Assembly: GCA_951406725.2 (NCBI GenBank)
Contig: OX597816.1
Coordinates: 620,001 to 684,000 of the forward strand
Direction: 5' to 3'
DNA: 64,000 nucleotides
From: Octopus vulgaris
Lineage: Eukaryota
Below are positions 37,770 to 50,775 of the stretch, piece after piece (positions within the stretch are counted from its first letter, which is position 1; each line of letters opens with the position of its first letter). The position numbers and the translations under genes were made by a program. The notes under the pieces are model-generated. The model was not told the origin of the DNA and did no database searches. It saw only the letters and a program-made list of their open reading frames with translations.

Positions 37770-40700
37770 CCATCAGTATGTGTGTTTTTTCTCAGTCCGA
37801 ATAGAATGAGCTGTGGTCAAGTTTCATGTTGCGAACATGTGTGCACTTTCTATACAGCAAATCTAAGAAGTGTTGCCAGAAGACTTGTACACATTCACAA
37901 TACCAGAAAGTGTGTGACGCCGTCTCCACCTCACATTGACAAAAAGTGCACAAGTTGCTTTCGGCCAGTTTAATCTTGAACAATAGAGAATTAGTTGCTA
38001 AAACATTGTGTATAATTCTAAACTGGAATCATCATAGCTTAGTATCAGTTGTAGAAAAAATATTTTTTTCTCATTCCAGTTCAACAAGCAAACACTCTTC
38101 CCATTCGTGTTTGAATATTAAACAAGTCTCAACATTGTTTAAAACACAGTAGTATCGTTTGGTTCCTTTCCTAACAGACATGAGCTTTCGGATAGCTGTA
38201 TGATCTGCCAATTGTTGGAAAGCAGGAGGTTTGCTTATTCTTAACTTTGTTTGGTAGCTTTTAATCACCCTGATAAGCCCATTATACTGGAAAAAATTTG
38301 TATCTAGTTAAAATAAATTGTGGAATTCTTCCAGGGTATGGTAAGATCCATCTAAATTGATGAAGTCACGAATCTTGCTAACACCTCTCGCAAGCCACGC
38401 AGGAAAGAAGATTGCCTCTTTACCGATCCTTAAGTTTTTACTAAAGTAAATTGGTTCTGTTATGAATTAGGCTCCCTCTTATTTGTAAACTTGTTGGATC
38501 TTTTTGCTTTGACTGGCAGATTTTTAAAATAATTTCTCTGTAACTTAAAAATTTTAAACTTCATAGAATTTTGAAAATAAATTATTTGAAATTCAGGTAA
38601 TAATTAATAGTTGGATGAAAAGAATAATTACACCAATGGGTAGAATTGCGGTTATAAAATCACTACTCATTTCAAAATTGAACTACCTCTTCCTTACTCT
38701 ACCAAATCTATCGGTTAAATTTCTTCAGGAACTAAACAAAATATTATTTAAATTTCTCTGGAGTGGAAAACCAGAAAAAATTAAGAGAATTGTTGCTTGT
38801 AAGCCTGTTAAAGAAGGTGGACTTGGTATGGTAGAAGCTTTTGCTTACGTCAACTTTTTAATATCCTGGATGATATTATTCACTATGAATCCAAATGGAA
38901 ACTCTTATGCCATGCTTCCTCCACAAAACTGAAAAATTTCGCTGTAAAATTTCCCGAGCAAACTTGCTAACACTATCAGGTATGATTTTTGGCATGATTG
39001 TATTTCTGCCTTTGACAAAAGCAAAATGATCCTTCTTTTTGGCCATGTCCTTTAAATCTATTGAGAATATTACACCTAGAAGTTTGAAGCGACTTGGGTT
39101 CCATTTTATATTCAAATTAGGTATCTGACTACACTATCCCTTCTTGAACCTATCCATATCACCTGAGACTTATCATAGTTAATTTTAAGTTCGGATATAT
39201 CAGCAAAGAAATTCAAGGTGTCTACTGTAGCTTTAAAAGACTCTTGTGAACCGTCTAAAATGAATTCTGTATTGTCAGCATATTGTGTCAACAGATATTC
39301 CCCATCATCAACTGTAATTCCTTTAATATCTTGGTTTTTGTCTTATTTAGCCCAGCCAGGAGAGAGAGGATCGCCCTGTCTACATCCCACTCAACAGGGA
39401 ATCTAGGAGACAATGTACCGTTAATTAAGAGATCCCAAATACGTCTCAGCGGTGAAGGAAACCATCAGCAGCATGGTTAAGCAATACGCCACCACTGCTT
39501 TAGATCCTGATAGGGATACTAGTTCAATTAATATATCTGAGATTGAATTTAGTAGAGATGATCACTTGTTTTCGGAAACTCTGTTCATGTAATTAAGAGG
39601 GAAAACTATTTCAAAAACCTCATTCTTTAAAAAATCTAGAGTAAAAAAAAGAAAAACAGATCTCCTAGATGATATTAAGCAACTGGAAACCAATTTGGTA
39701 GAAATTGAAAAACTTGAAGAAAAAAGAAAAGAATTAGAAGGGATTTGTAAAGCCAAAAATGGAGGGTATTATAATTTGCTCAAAGGCCAAGTGGATAGAT
39801 GAAGGGGAGAAGGTTAGCCTTCTAGAAAATAAGAATTTTGTACATAAAGGCATGGCCCAATTACAGTTAGATAATGGATCTACTATAGAAAATACAAAGG
39901 ATATTGTTATTGAAGCAACATTATTTTACGAAAGATTGTATTCTTCTAAGGAACATCTGTTAAAATCTTGTGATCTTGATGAACATTTTTCTGAAGAGAA
40001 CCTGTATAGGCTTAGCAAAGGAGAACTTTTGAAAAGTTTGAAAAAGACAAAGAATAAAAGTCCAGGTTCAGATGGATTCACCTATGATTTTTATAAATTC
40101 TTTTTGAAGGATTTATCTCCATTTTGTTTTGCTAAGGGTTATCTGTCAGTGACAGAGAAGCAAGGTGTTATTACCTGTATTCCAAAAGGAGATAAGCCCA
40201 AGCGATTTTTTGGAAGAACTGGAGACCTATTTCACTTCTCAATACTGCTTACAAACTACTTTCATCTGTTATTGCTGAGAGGTTGAAAAGTAACCTTCCA
40301 AAGTACTGTTCAAACAGGATTCATATCTAATAGAGACATTGGGGACAACGTAAGATTGATATATGCATAGGAGTGGCTGTGTGGTAAGTAGTTTGCTTAA
40401 CAACCACATGGTTCTAGGTTCTGTCCCTCTGCATGGCACCTTGGGCAAGTGTCTTCCACTATAGCCTCGGGTCGACCAAAACCTTGTGAGTGGATTTGGT
40501 AGACGGAAACTGAAAGAAGCCTGTCATATATATGTATATATATATATATATATGTGTGCATGTGTTTGAGTGTCTGTGTTTGTCCCCCCAACATCGCTTG
40601 ACAACCGATGCTGGTGTCTTTACATCCACGTAACTTAACGGTTTGGCAAAAGATACCGATAGAATAAGTACTAGGCTTACAAAGAATAAGTCCTGGGGTC

Positions 40701-40910
40701 AATTTGCTTGACTAAAGGTGGTGCTCCAGCACGGCCACAGTCAAATGACTGAAACAAGTAATAGAGTAGAGTATATGATCTGATGAACTACACAGAATCA
40801 AATGACATTCTGGTAATGTTGTTTTTAATAGATTTTGAGAAGGCATTCGACTCTGTTTCATGGTCACTTATAAACAAGACACTAGCTTTTGGGGCTTTGG
40901 AGATGACATC
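37770..40910. mobile_element. Tx1/L1-clade LINE ORF2 fossil in four blocks of alternating orientation
   Basis: WIDEGEK, KSPGSDG, RPISLLN and IDFEKAFDSV (+). GCRQGDPLSP and QYADN (-). KSLLISKLNY and EGGLG (+). CTFC...ET..H.FW.C (-). Confidence 0.88.
40366..40771 (+). mobile_element. Full-length tRNA-derived SINE with 6-bp TSD, nested in the L1
   Basis: A/B-box-like head (GGCTGTGTGGTAAG...GGTTCTGTCCC) and internal (TA)/(TG) tract. TSD TATATG at 40360-65 and 40772-77. Related copies at about 1740-1905(-), 7470-7845, 19325-19500, 25825-25960, 37447-37760, 49890-50260(-) and 59200-59360(-). Confidence 0.9.
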
Positions 40911-41194
40911 CGTTAATTGTTCAATATTCTAACTTATTTGGTCTTCTTCATTTCAAACGTTTTTTTTAAACTCCTCTCCCCCACCCCCTCGCAAAAAATT
41001 TTCTCCACAAATTTCTTTAAAATCATCATTTATGCCATTTGAAAGGTATTTGTATATAATTTCATTAAAAGATATCCATTTTCTTGAAAGATAAAAAAGG
41101 TTGGATCATGTGAATTTTCCGAAACTCCTCTCCCCAACCTCTCGGGAAAATTCTTTCCTATAAATCTATATATACTCTGAATCCACAGCATTTA

Positions 41195-41800
41195 ATGTCG
41201 TGTGTGCACACTGACATTACACATCTAGCAGATCATACTAGCTTCATTTCTTCTCATAGAGGAGCTCCTGGGGGCAACTTGTCTTGAATTCCTCTAATAT
41301 TGCTTGGAGGACTATGATGAAATAAGAGGGGGCTGATCCTTGGTGAACCCCTATTTCTACCTGGAATTCTTCACTATACTCATTGCCAACCCTTACCATA
41401 CAAACAGAGTCCCTGTTATTAACCACTTGTCAATCCCTAGTTTCCGCATCATCCACCAGATAAAGGATCAGGGGACCCTGTCAAAGGCTGTCCCCAAGTC
41501 AACAAAAGCCAAGTTTATCTTTGGCTAGGTATTTCTCCTGCAGTTGCCTTACCAGGAATATAGCATCAGAGGTGTTTCTACTTGGCACAAAACTGAACTG
41601 CATCTCATCTAAGCAGACTCTCTCCCTAATTATTTAGACTATGACCTCCGTGACCTTCATTACCCGATCCAATAATTTGATACCCCTGTAGCTATTTCTA
41701 TCTAAAGCATCACCTTTACCATTGTCTATGGTGCTGCTATGCCTGTCATTGGCTATGACTCCTTCATGAACTACCTGCTTTACAATACAGGTGACTAGAC
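41195..41800 (-). mobile_element. RTE LINE RT fragment
   Basis: SYRGIKLLD, GVHQGS and ELLY. Confidence 0.85.
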
Positions 41801-43974
41801 CAAATTTGAAATGCCTTCGTTTCAATTAATTTTGAAAATAAAGTATTTAGTAAAAAAATTTGGTGTTATGAAACTGTAGTTTGGAAAATAATTTATGTGA
41901 AATATTTTGATAGAATATTTTATAAAACTAGGTTCAATCTCAGGTGAGTTGGTAATGAAAAGGATTAACCATTGATTCTTATCACAGTGTCATGTTGAAG
42001 ATTATATGAAAGGTACTTGTATCTACACTACAACTCTATGCAAACATTTTTAAACATCAAAGTTGCTGTCCATCATAAATATATCATCAGCACCACCATC
42101 AACCGTCGATGTCTACTTTCTGAGCTGTAATAAGATTTGACAAGTCATCATGGAGTGAATCACCTTTTATTGAGAGCCTCCCATAGACAGGTTTTCATAC
42201 ATGCCATTTCACTCAGTTTCTATGGCCCGATGCCCTTACTGTCACCTTCCACTTTACAGAATGAAACTGGGTGCATTTTCCTGTGTCATCAATAATAGAG
42301 AGGTTGAACAGTCCTCAGCAAGACACAGTTAAAAGGAGCTCCAAACCCTACCCTTTTTTTTATCATTTATCCCCCATTTTACATTGTGTACTCTATCTTA
42401 ATATCTTATTTCTAAATGCATTTAATATTTAAGGTAGTGAGCTGGCAGAATCATCACTGCACTAGAAAAATGCTTAGTGACACCTTTTTTTGATTACCAA
42501 CTGCACCCAGGGGCTGATGTAATCAACTCCCCCGCTCCCCTGCTCGTCTTGTGCCAAATTAGAAACCAATGTATTCAATATCTTAATATCTCTCTATATT
42601 AATCTGTGCATTTTGATCCCATAATCAAATCAATAACATAAATTGGCTCATTTGGCCATAAAGTATTGGTTTCTTTTAATCAGCAACAAAACCAAAATTT
42701 TTTTGTGACAAGAAAATGCATTTTCTTCTTTTCTCTCTTATTTATGAAATCTAGAATATTTACTATATCAGCTCCAGAGTCGAACCAGGCTGGATTTGAA
42801 TTCAAAACTAAACAAAAGACTCTAATCCAGTGAATAACATTCATTAAACCAGCTCCATCGCTAATTTAGCCTGAAAATAATAATTTCTTACACAGGGACA
42901 AACATTGCCAGATCAGATTGGAGCCTGGTGCAGCTTCCTGGCTTGCCAGTCCCCAGTCAAACCGTCCAACCCATGCCAGCATGGAAAACGGACGTTAAAC
43001 GGTATTGCTGCTGTTTAGTTTTAGACAAGCTCTGATCAAAGCTGCTCCAGTCGGGACCATTCTAGTCTTTTTGTAAATCTACTATTCTTTTCTTTTAAAA
43101 AAGGTAGTTTAATTTATGAGAATTTGACATCTATTTCTAGCTATTTGATGCAATGTTTCTCAAGCTTTTATCTAGTTGTGGGGCATTGAAGATCAAACAA
43201 TAACTACTGACATATCTCACAGAGAAAGTTTTATAAAATACTTTTTAAATAATTTTTTAAAATGCAGAAAACTAGTGATTAACCCGTTTTATTAATTATA
43301 CATTTGTGTAAAAAAATATTATTCAAGATGCTCTACCATTAATAAAGATTTTCTAAAAGCCTAAATCGTACATTGAATGAGCACTGACATAGCTAGTGTG
43401 CCACCGCAGGCAGCCCCGCACACTGCCATCTTCTATACAGGCTCAAAAGTGCCGCTGGGGGCGGACTGCCTCCATTGTCCCCACCCCCAGCTATGCTACT
43501 GATGCAGGGACTCTTTTGTTAGCTCCAAGACATTATAAATGGTTATAACAAGGAATTGAACCGATCGACAAACTCGGAACTGCTTCGTCTGTAGCGAATC
43601 CCTATCAATACGAAAAGAATTTCTTTTTCTTCGTTTCCCGATGTTATCTTTGAAATTTCAGCTCAACTCCCAGATTATATTATTTTATAAAAGAAATTCT
43701 TTTTCTTCTTTGAAATTATTATTATTATTGCCAAATTTAAGATAATTAAAACAAAAACGGTTTCGATAAATAACCAAGACTTTATTTGAGCAAATGAATC
43801 ATCAAAGGTTTTAAGAAAATCAACTTATTCTTTGTTTTCCTGATTTCTTTTCTTTTCTTGAAATCAAATGTTAAAAGAATAAATCCTGAATCGTTCAAAA
43901 TATTTATTCTTCAAGTCAGCAGAATCAGAAAGAAAGCTTGAGAAGCAGAATGGATATCTGTCAAGTAATTAATA

Positions 43975-44272
43975 GGAGAGGCAGAGAGAGAGAGGGGGGA
44001 GAGAGAAAGAGTGAGAGAGAGAGGGGCGAGAGAGAGAGAGTGGGAGAGAGAGGGGGAGAGAGAGAGTGTGAGAGACGGGGAGGGAGTGAGAGAGAGTGAG
44101 AGCACATTTTATTATTGGAGGGGGGTGAGTCGTTGTGGCTTTCATGCATTGAAAAATGTAATAAACGAATCTGTGAAAGGATGGAAACTTCATCGCAACG
44201 AAGTCGGTTGGTCAAGGACTTTTGACTGGTGGACGGTCAGCAGAAGAGAATGAATAATAAAAGCCAATAACG

Positions 44273-44315
<43 letters not shown>
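43975..44315. repeat. (GA)n-rich microsatellites at the start of ZC4H2 intron 1
   Basis: Imperfect (GA)n at 43975-44102 and pure (GA)n at 44276-44315. Confidence 0.9.
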
Positions 44316-44317
<2 letters not shown>

Positions 44318-44422
44318 GTCGGGGATGGTCAGGCAATGGATTGGTTGTCGTTGGAGATGAGGGGAAATGTAAACAGGATTTTCGAAAAGAAGCTTCGTGT
44401 AAAGAAAGATAATGTTTATTAC

Positions 44423-44475
44423 CTGAGTTCTTTGAGACTTTCCAGTTTCGATAAGATATCCAGTTCATCGGCCAT
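44423..44475 (-). CDS. ZC4H2: ZC4H2 exon 1 (MADELDILSKLESLKELR)
   Basis: GCC-ATG-G Kozak context, AG|gtaata donor, 53 nt. Matches the ZC4H2 N-terminus MADEQEIMCKLESIKEIR. Confidence 0.92.
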
Positions 44476-44859
44476 GGCAGTGATTGACGGCAGAGATCCG
44501 AAGAGAGATCGATCGATCGATTGACGATCGTCGGAAATGAAAACTGGGGAAGAAGAATGCATGCGAGGAGAGTGGTAAACATAGGGGAGGTAACTGATGT
44601 GTGGAGAGTAGCTAATGCAAGGGAGGTAACTGAAAACATAGATTTTTTTTTTCAAGACTGTTCAATGGTAATTAATGATTTCAACCGAATGATTTCAAGA
44701 CAATGGTAATTAATGATTTCAACGGAAGGCTCGGTTTTTGTTCGATAGTTTTTTTTTTGGCGACCATAAAAAAAATGAAAAAGGAAGTCCACTATGGTTG
44801 AATTCGAACTTGGGATGTGTAAAAACTTGATTCTGCTAATTCACAATCCATGACAAATA

Positions 44860-45480
44860 TCTGCTCATATCATGAGTCGGTCAACAGAATCCTCAATCCT
44901 CTTAGAATTCCTAATGAGTAAGATGAGCAATAAAACGAACCGAGCCCATTTTCGTTCAAGCGCCTCCACTTTATTGATTTCATAACATTCATTGAGGAAC
45001 ATAGAGGGAATCTGAGAAAACAAATATGATTCCTTATCAAAATCAGGTACTTTCCAGGTCTAAACATGAAAGTATTTGATGGCAAAAAGGCCATAATTAC
45101 GCAGAAAGTAATTGACCCGTGCATTTGTTGTTAATAGCTCTAACTTCTATTGAAAAATTAACCCATAAAGTGCTGGGACTTGCACTTACATAGCATGGAC
45201 TGCTGAGCACATTTAATGAAAATGAGACTACCATGCACACAAAAAATAGTTAAAATATCTTTTTAGTATATAATGGTGGCAAGTTTTACATCATCTGAAA
45301 AGTCATTAGTTGAACTATTAGTCCTCTTGCATTCTGGGTGGGTATCGGAGCGTCTGAGTGACATTAGACCCCCAACAAATGCCCATAAATTAAACGCATC
45401 TATCTGGGTCACCTTCGTGGCCTGTCGACCTGTACCTGACGGCCACAATCGTGGCCCGTCGCGCTTTGTGTTAATAGCCA
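44860..45480 (-). mobile_element. Highly degenerate CR1/L2-like RT fragment
   Basis: FSDDVKL and VEALERKWARFVL-like peptides only. Confidence 0.4.
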
Positions 45481-45789
45481 TACTTTTCTCAAATGAATTA
45501 GGAATGTAATCATTATATTTCATTGTCCTGATATTAATAGCAACATAGCAAGGCTCCCCAACCAGCGGGCTGTGAATCATATGGTTCCAGGCCGCACAGA
45601 AGTAATAAATTTTTGAATTTTGATTCTATTTTATTGACTATCGCAGTCTGCAGAGTGTTTTTGCAGTATATGTAAATATTATTTAAGATGTTGCACAGAA
45701 TCCAATATTGTGAGGTTGTCAACTGAAGATATTGTGTCTACCAGGGGTTTTGTACTGTCTGTCAAGTCACAACAAAGACCTCAGACTGA

Positions 45790-46175
45790 CAGTAGTTAAC
45801 GCAATATGTGTGCAGTTCCAAGTAATGCCAACTTTTGCAATACACCTAGATTGTAGGGTATTTCTACAGTTTTCCGATGTTTCTTCAGGTTGGGTGGTAT
45901 TGAACCCAATGCTCCGATGACAATAGGGACAACCTTTATGTTTGACTCTCGTAGCTGCCACATCTTGGTATTCTCAGGTCTCCATATTTATCAATCTTTT
46001 CTCTTTCTTTCATGATAATATGTTGATCTCCTGGCACTGCCACATCAATTATTAGGCACTCTTGTCTGTCCCTCCTAAAGGTTACTATATCTGGCCTTCG
46101 GGGCTCTAACACCTTGTCTGTCTGGAGGTCAAAGTTTCAGAGGATTTTTCCGTTCCCCTTTTTTGTTCATATCCT
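45790..46175 (-). mobile_element. Second R4-like restriction-endonuclease fragment
   Basis: RRPDIV...CLIIDVAVPGD...EKIDKY.DL. Confidence 0.75.
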
Positions 46176-46582
46176 TTTAGAATAATTTGAGGTTCAGCAA
46201 AATACCGCCATTTACTTGAAAATGCAGTTGCACAACTAATTATTAAATACTACATAATTGCTTTTGTTTAACCCTGGGTCAGTTCAGGATGAGTAAACCT
46301 TTACTCAAAAGCTTTTTAACTATAACCATTCCACATTTTCCCCTGATTTAGTGCACTTTAGACAATGTTATATGCTCTCTTTTATTTGAGGAAGATATGA
46401 CTGCTATCTTTAACACATTTCTAGAAAAAAGAAAAACAAAAGGCTTAAAAATTAAACAGTTATTAATAACATGGCAATAATCTACTTGGAATTTGCTCAG
46501 AATCACTATAATTGCTTGGTTCCAGAGCTGTGCCAGATAGAGAAGACCACATAAGTGTTTGACATGTGTATATATATTATCA

Positions 46583-48940
46583 TCATCATCGTTTAACGTC
46601 TGCTTTCCATGCTAGCATGGGTTGGACGATTTGACTGAGGTCTGGCGAACCAGATGGCTGCACCAGACTCCAATCTGATCTGGCAGTGTTTCTACAGCTG
46701 GATGCCATTCCTAACGCCAACCACTCTGAGATTGTAGTGGGTGCTTTTACATGCCACCGGCACAGGAGCCAGTCCAGCGGCACTGGCAATGACCTCGCTC
46801 GAATGTTTTTTCACGTGCCACCAGCAAAAGTGCCAGTAAGGCGACGCAGGTAACGATCACATTCCAATGGTGTTTTTTATGTGCCATCAGCACAGAGGCC
46901 GGCTTGTTGCACTGGCAGCGATCACACTTGGATGGTGCTCTTAGCACTCCACTTGCACAGATGCCAGTCATCGAATTTGATTTTGATTTCGATTTCACTT
47001 ACCTCAACAGGTCTTCGCAAGCAGAGTTTAGTATCCAATGAAGGAAGGTATGCTTAAGTGGACTGGTTACACCCCTGGCATAGGCTACAAGGTTATGGTC
47101 TCACTTGAGCTTGCTGAGTCTTCTCAAGCACAGCATATTTCCAAAGGTCCCGGTCACTAGTTATTGCCTCAGTGAGGCCTAATGTTCAAAGGTCATGCTT
47201 CACCACCTATCCCAGGTCTTCCTGTGTCTACCTCTTCCACAGGTTCCCTCAACTGCTAGGGTGTGGCACATATATCATCATCATCATCGTTTAACGTCCA
47301 CGTTCCATGCTAGCATGGGTTGGACGATTTGACTGAGGACTGGTGAACCAGATGGCTACACCAGGCTCCAATCTGATCTGGCAAAGTTTCTTCAGCTGGA
47401 TGCCCTTCCTAACACCAACCACTCCGAGAGTGTAGTGGGTGCTTTTAAAGTGCCAGTCTGGTGGTACTGGCAATGCTCAAAAATGGTGTTTTTTACGTGC
47501 CACCTGCACAGGAGTCAGTCCAGCAGCACTGGCAACGACATCGCTCAAATGTTTTGTTCACGTGCCACTGGCACAAGTGCCAGTGAGGCGATGCTGACAA
47601 TGATCACGCTCAAATGGTGCACTTTACGTGCCAGACAGCTGTTCTGGCAGTGATCCCACTTGGATGGAGCTGTTAGCGCTCCACTGGTATGTGTACCAGT
47701 CATCAAATTTGGTTCAATTTCAATTTCACTTGCCCCAATAGGTCTTCACAAGCAGGGTTTTGTGTCCAAAGAAGGAAAGGTATGCATAAGTGGGCTGGCT
47801 ACATCCTGGTAAAGGCCATGGGTTATGGTCTCACTTGTCCTGCTGGGTCTTCTCACACAGTATATTTCCAAAGGTCTCGGTAGCTAGTCATTGCCTCGGG
47901 GAGGCCTAATGTTCAAAGATCATGTTTCACCACCTCGTCCAAGGTTTTCCTGGGTCTACCTCTTCCACAGGTTCCCTCAACCACTAGGGTGTGGCATTTT
48001 TTCGCACAGCTATCTTCATCCATTCGCAACACATGACCATACCAGCGCAGTCGTCTCTCTTGCACACCACATCTGATGCTTCTTAAGTTCAACCTTTCTC
48101 TCAAAGCACTAACACTCTGTCGAGTAATGCACACTGACATTACACAACCAGTGGACCATACTGGCTTCATTCCTTGCAAGCTTATGCATGTCCTCAGCAG
48201 TCATAGCCCATGTTTCACTACCATGTAGTATGGCTGTTCGCACACATGCATCATACAGTCTACCTTTTACTCTGAGCAAGAGGCCCTTTGTCACCAGCAG
48301 AGGTAAGAGCTCTCTGAACTTAGCCCAGGCTATTCTTATTCTAGCAGTTACACTTTCAGTGCACCCACCCTTGCTACTGACTTTGTCACCTAGGTAACGG
48401 AAGCTATCAACTACTTCTAGTTTTTCTCCCTGGAATGTGGCAGAAGTTATTCTCTGCACATTTTCAGTTTTATTTATTGCTCCTGAGCATCTGCCACATA
48501 CAAAAACTATCTTCCCAGTTAGCCTTCCTTTGATACTACTGCATCTCTTATGTGTCCATTGCTTTATCTGGGTACATCTTATAGAGTTTTTACCTATGCC
48601 TTTTCTACTGATCAAGCAGGGCCATCTACCTGAAGAGATTTGTAGTTTGTCTGCCTTCCTACTTATTGAGACTTTGGTTTCTGCTAGGTTGTTTCTAAGG
48701 CCCTTCAATTCTAATCCTTGCTTCCACACTTGAAACTTCTCCTCCAGTTCTGATATTGACTTAGCAATTAGAGCAAGGTTATCAGCATAGAGAAGCTCCC
48801 AGAAGCATCCTGTCTTGAATTCCTCTGATATTGCCTGGAGGATTATAAGAGGGGGCTGAGGACTGATCCTTGGTGGACCCCTACCTCTACCCGGAATTCT
48901 TCACTGTACTTGTTGCCTACACTCACCTTACTGACGGCAT
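46583..48940 (-). mobile_element. Two stacked RTE LINE 3' fragments (46583-47270 and 47276-48940)
   Basis: Each begins with (CAT)n on +. The second extends into RT (LYADN, FRYLGD, HGSETW). Confidence 0.9.
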
Positions 48941-48944
48941 TGTT

Positions 48945-49870
48945 CTTTTTCTTCAACTCAAATTGTTTGGTTGCATCATGACACATTTTACACTAAGCAG
49001 ATAGATCTAGGCAATGACTTTTCTAAGATATCAGGTTAAGCTGTAGAGATTTTAATTATTGCTTCAACTTATCCTTATGCCTAAGGAGAGGTCTTCCTTT
49101 GCCATGATATCCTGCCACTTGTTGGCCACATAAAAGAATTTTTGGAATGCAGTCATTTGTCATTCAAACAACATGCCCCCCCCCATCTGCACTGAATTCT
49201 CATCAGCATGCTTTGGATATGAGAAACATCCCATTTTTCTAAGACTTTGGCACTGGATAACTTATCTTGCTATTTTATGCTGCACGTGTTGTGCAAACAG
49301 CACTGCTGGTCAATCCAAATACACAGGCCGCTGCAGCAAACCTGTCGACCATTTCCTGAATTCCCTGAAATGTGTGAGAATCAAAGTACAATCATAAGCA
49401 AACATAAAGCCACATGGCATCTCTTCCTTAGTCTTTTTCTTTGATCGGAAATTTAGCCCTTTCAGGTTTAACAGAACTTTACACCTTCGTGGTAAACCCT
49501 GAAAGCATTTTGGAGCATCACTGACGAGAATATGGAAAAAAGTACTGGAGCTAAAACACATCCCTGTTGGATTCAAGAGACAACGAAAATACCTCTGAAC
49601 ATTTACTGCTACATGTCACTGTTGCCATTGTTCCTTTATGCAAGGATACTATTGCCCTTATCATTTTATCAGGAAGTCCAGTTTTGGAAGAATTATATCC
49701 TGCAACCAACAGACACATTTGTTCAATCCCAGGCAAAATAAAATTCATCAATGTCTCCACTGCGACTTCAGAGTAAAATCCATTCCTGGACTCAAATTAT
49801 ATTCACGCATCCAGCACAAACAGATGCAGCTTCTCCTCCAAACACTTACTGTCGAAACTGACAGCAGCAA
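48945..49870 (-). mobile_element. Degenerate RTE-BovB-like LINE fragment
   Basis: Peptides LHKGTMATV, GIQQGCVLAP and FMFAYDCTL, and QIPKACR-like peptides in broken frames. Confidence 0.65.
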
Positions 49871-50339
49871 CCATCATATACATATATATATATTACTCTT
49901 TTATTTGTTTCAGTCATTTGACAGCGGCCCTGCTAGAGGATCGCCTTTAGTTGAACAAATCGACCCCAGGACTTATTCTTGGTAAGCTTAGTACTTATTT
50001 TATTGTTCTCTTGTGCTAAAATGCTAAGTTACGAGGACGCAAACACAACATCTGTTATTAAGCAATGGTGGGGGGACAGACACACAAACATATACATATA
50101 TACAACGGGCTTCTTTCAGTTTCCATCTATCAAATCCACTCACAGGGCTTTGGTTGCTCTGAGGCTTTAGCAGAAGAAACTTGCCCAAAATGCTACAAAG
50201 TGGGACTGAACCCAGACCCATGTGGTTGGGAAGCAAACTTCTTACCACACAGCTACTCTTGTGGCTATATAATATCTGTATTTACTATCAGTATCAGTTA
50301 CCTATGCCATCCCTAGGCATGAGTATGCAGGTACACTAT

Positions 50340-50391
50340 GCTAATAGGGTACAGGTAGCTAATAGGGTACAGGTAGCTAATAGGGTATAGG
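50340..50391. repeat. 18-bp minisatellite x3
   Basis: GCTAATAGGGTACAGGTA repeated. Confidence 0.9.
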
Positions 50392-50417
50392 CAGTAACAG
50401 AAGAAACAAAAGTTTAT

Positions 50418-50511
50418 CAGGAATCAAATTTAAATAATCACAAAATGGAGAAAACTTTTGTCAGTCAAAAGTTTTGTCCATTTTATAATCATTTAAATTG
50501 AAAATTCATAC

Positions 50512-50607
<96 letters not shown>

Positions 50608-50701
50608 GTATGAATTTTCAATTTAAATGATTATAAAATGGACAAAACTTTTGACTGACAAAAGTTTTCTCCATTTTGTGATTATTTAAATTTGATTCCT
50701 G
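50418..50701. repeat. Perfect ~97-bp inverted repeat around a (TA)n spacer
   Basis: 50418-50514 is the reverse complement of 50605-50701. Confidence 0.95.

Positions 50702-50775
<74 letters not shown>

Noticed and set aside
40366-40440. tRNA-like sequences here and at 52785
   Set aside because: They are SINE heads without a complete cloverleaf, not tRNA genes.
44476-44655. N-terminal extension of ZC4H2 suggested by the ORF track
   Set aside because: Homology and the strong Kozak context point to ATG 44475.
47440-47680. Regularly spaced repeats resembling a CRISPR array
   Set aside because: Eukaryotic LINE 3' UTR tandem units; the spacers are homologous to each other and there are no cas genes.
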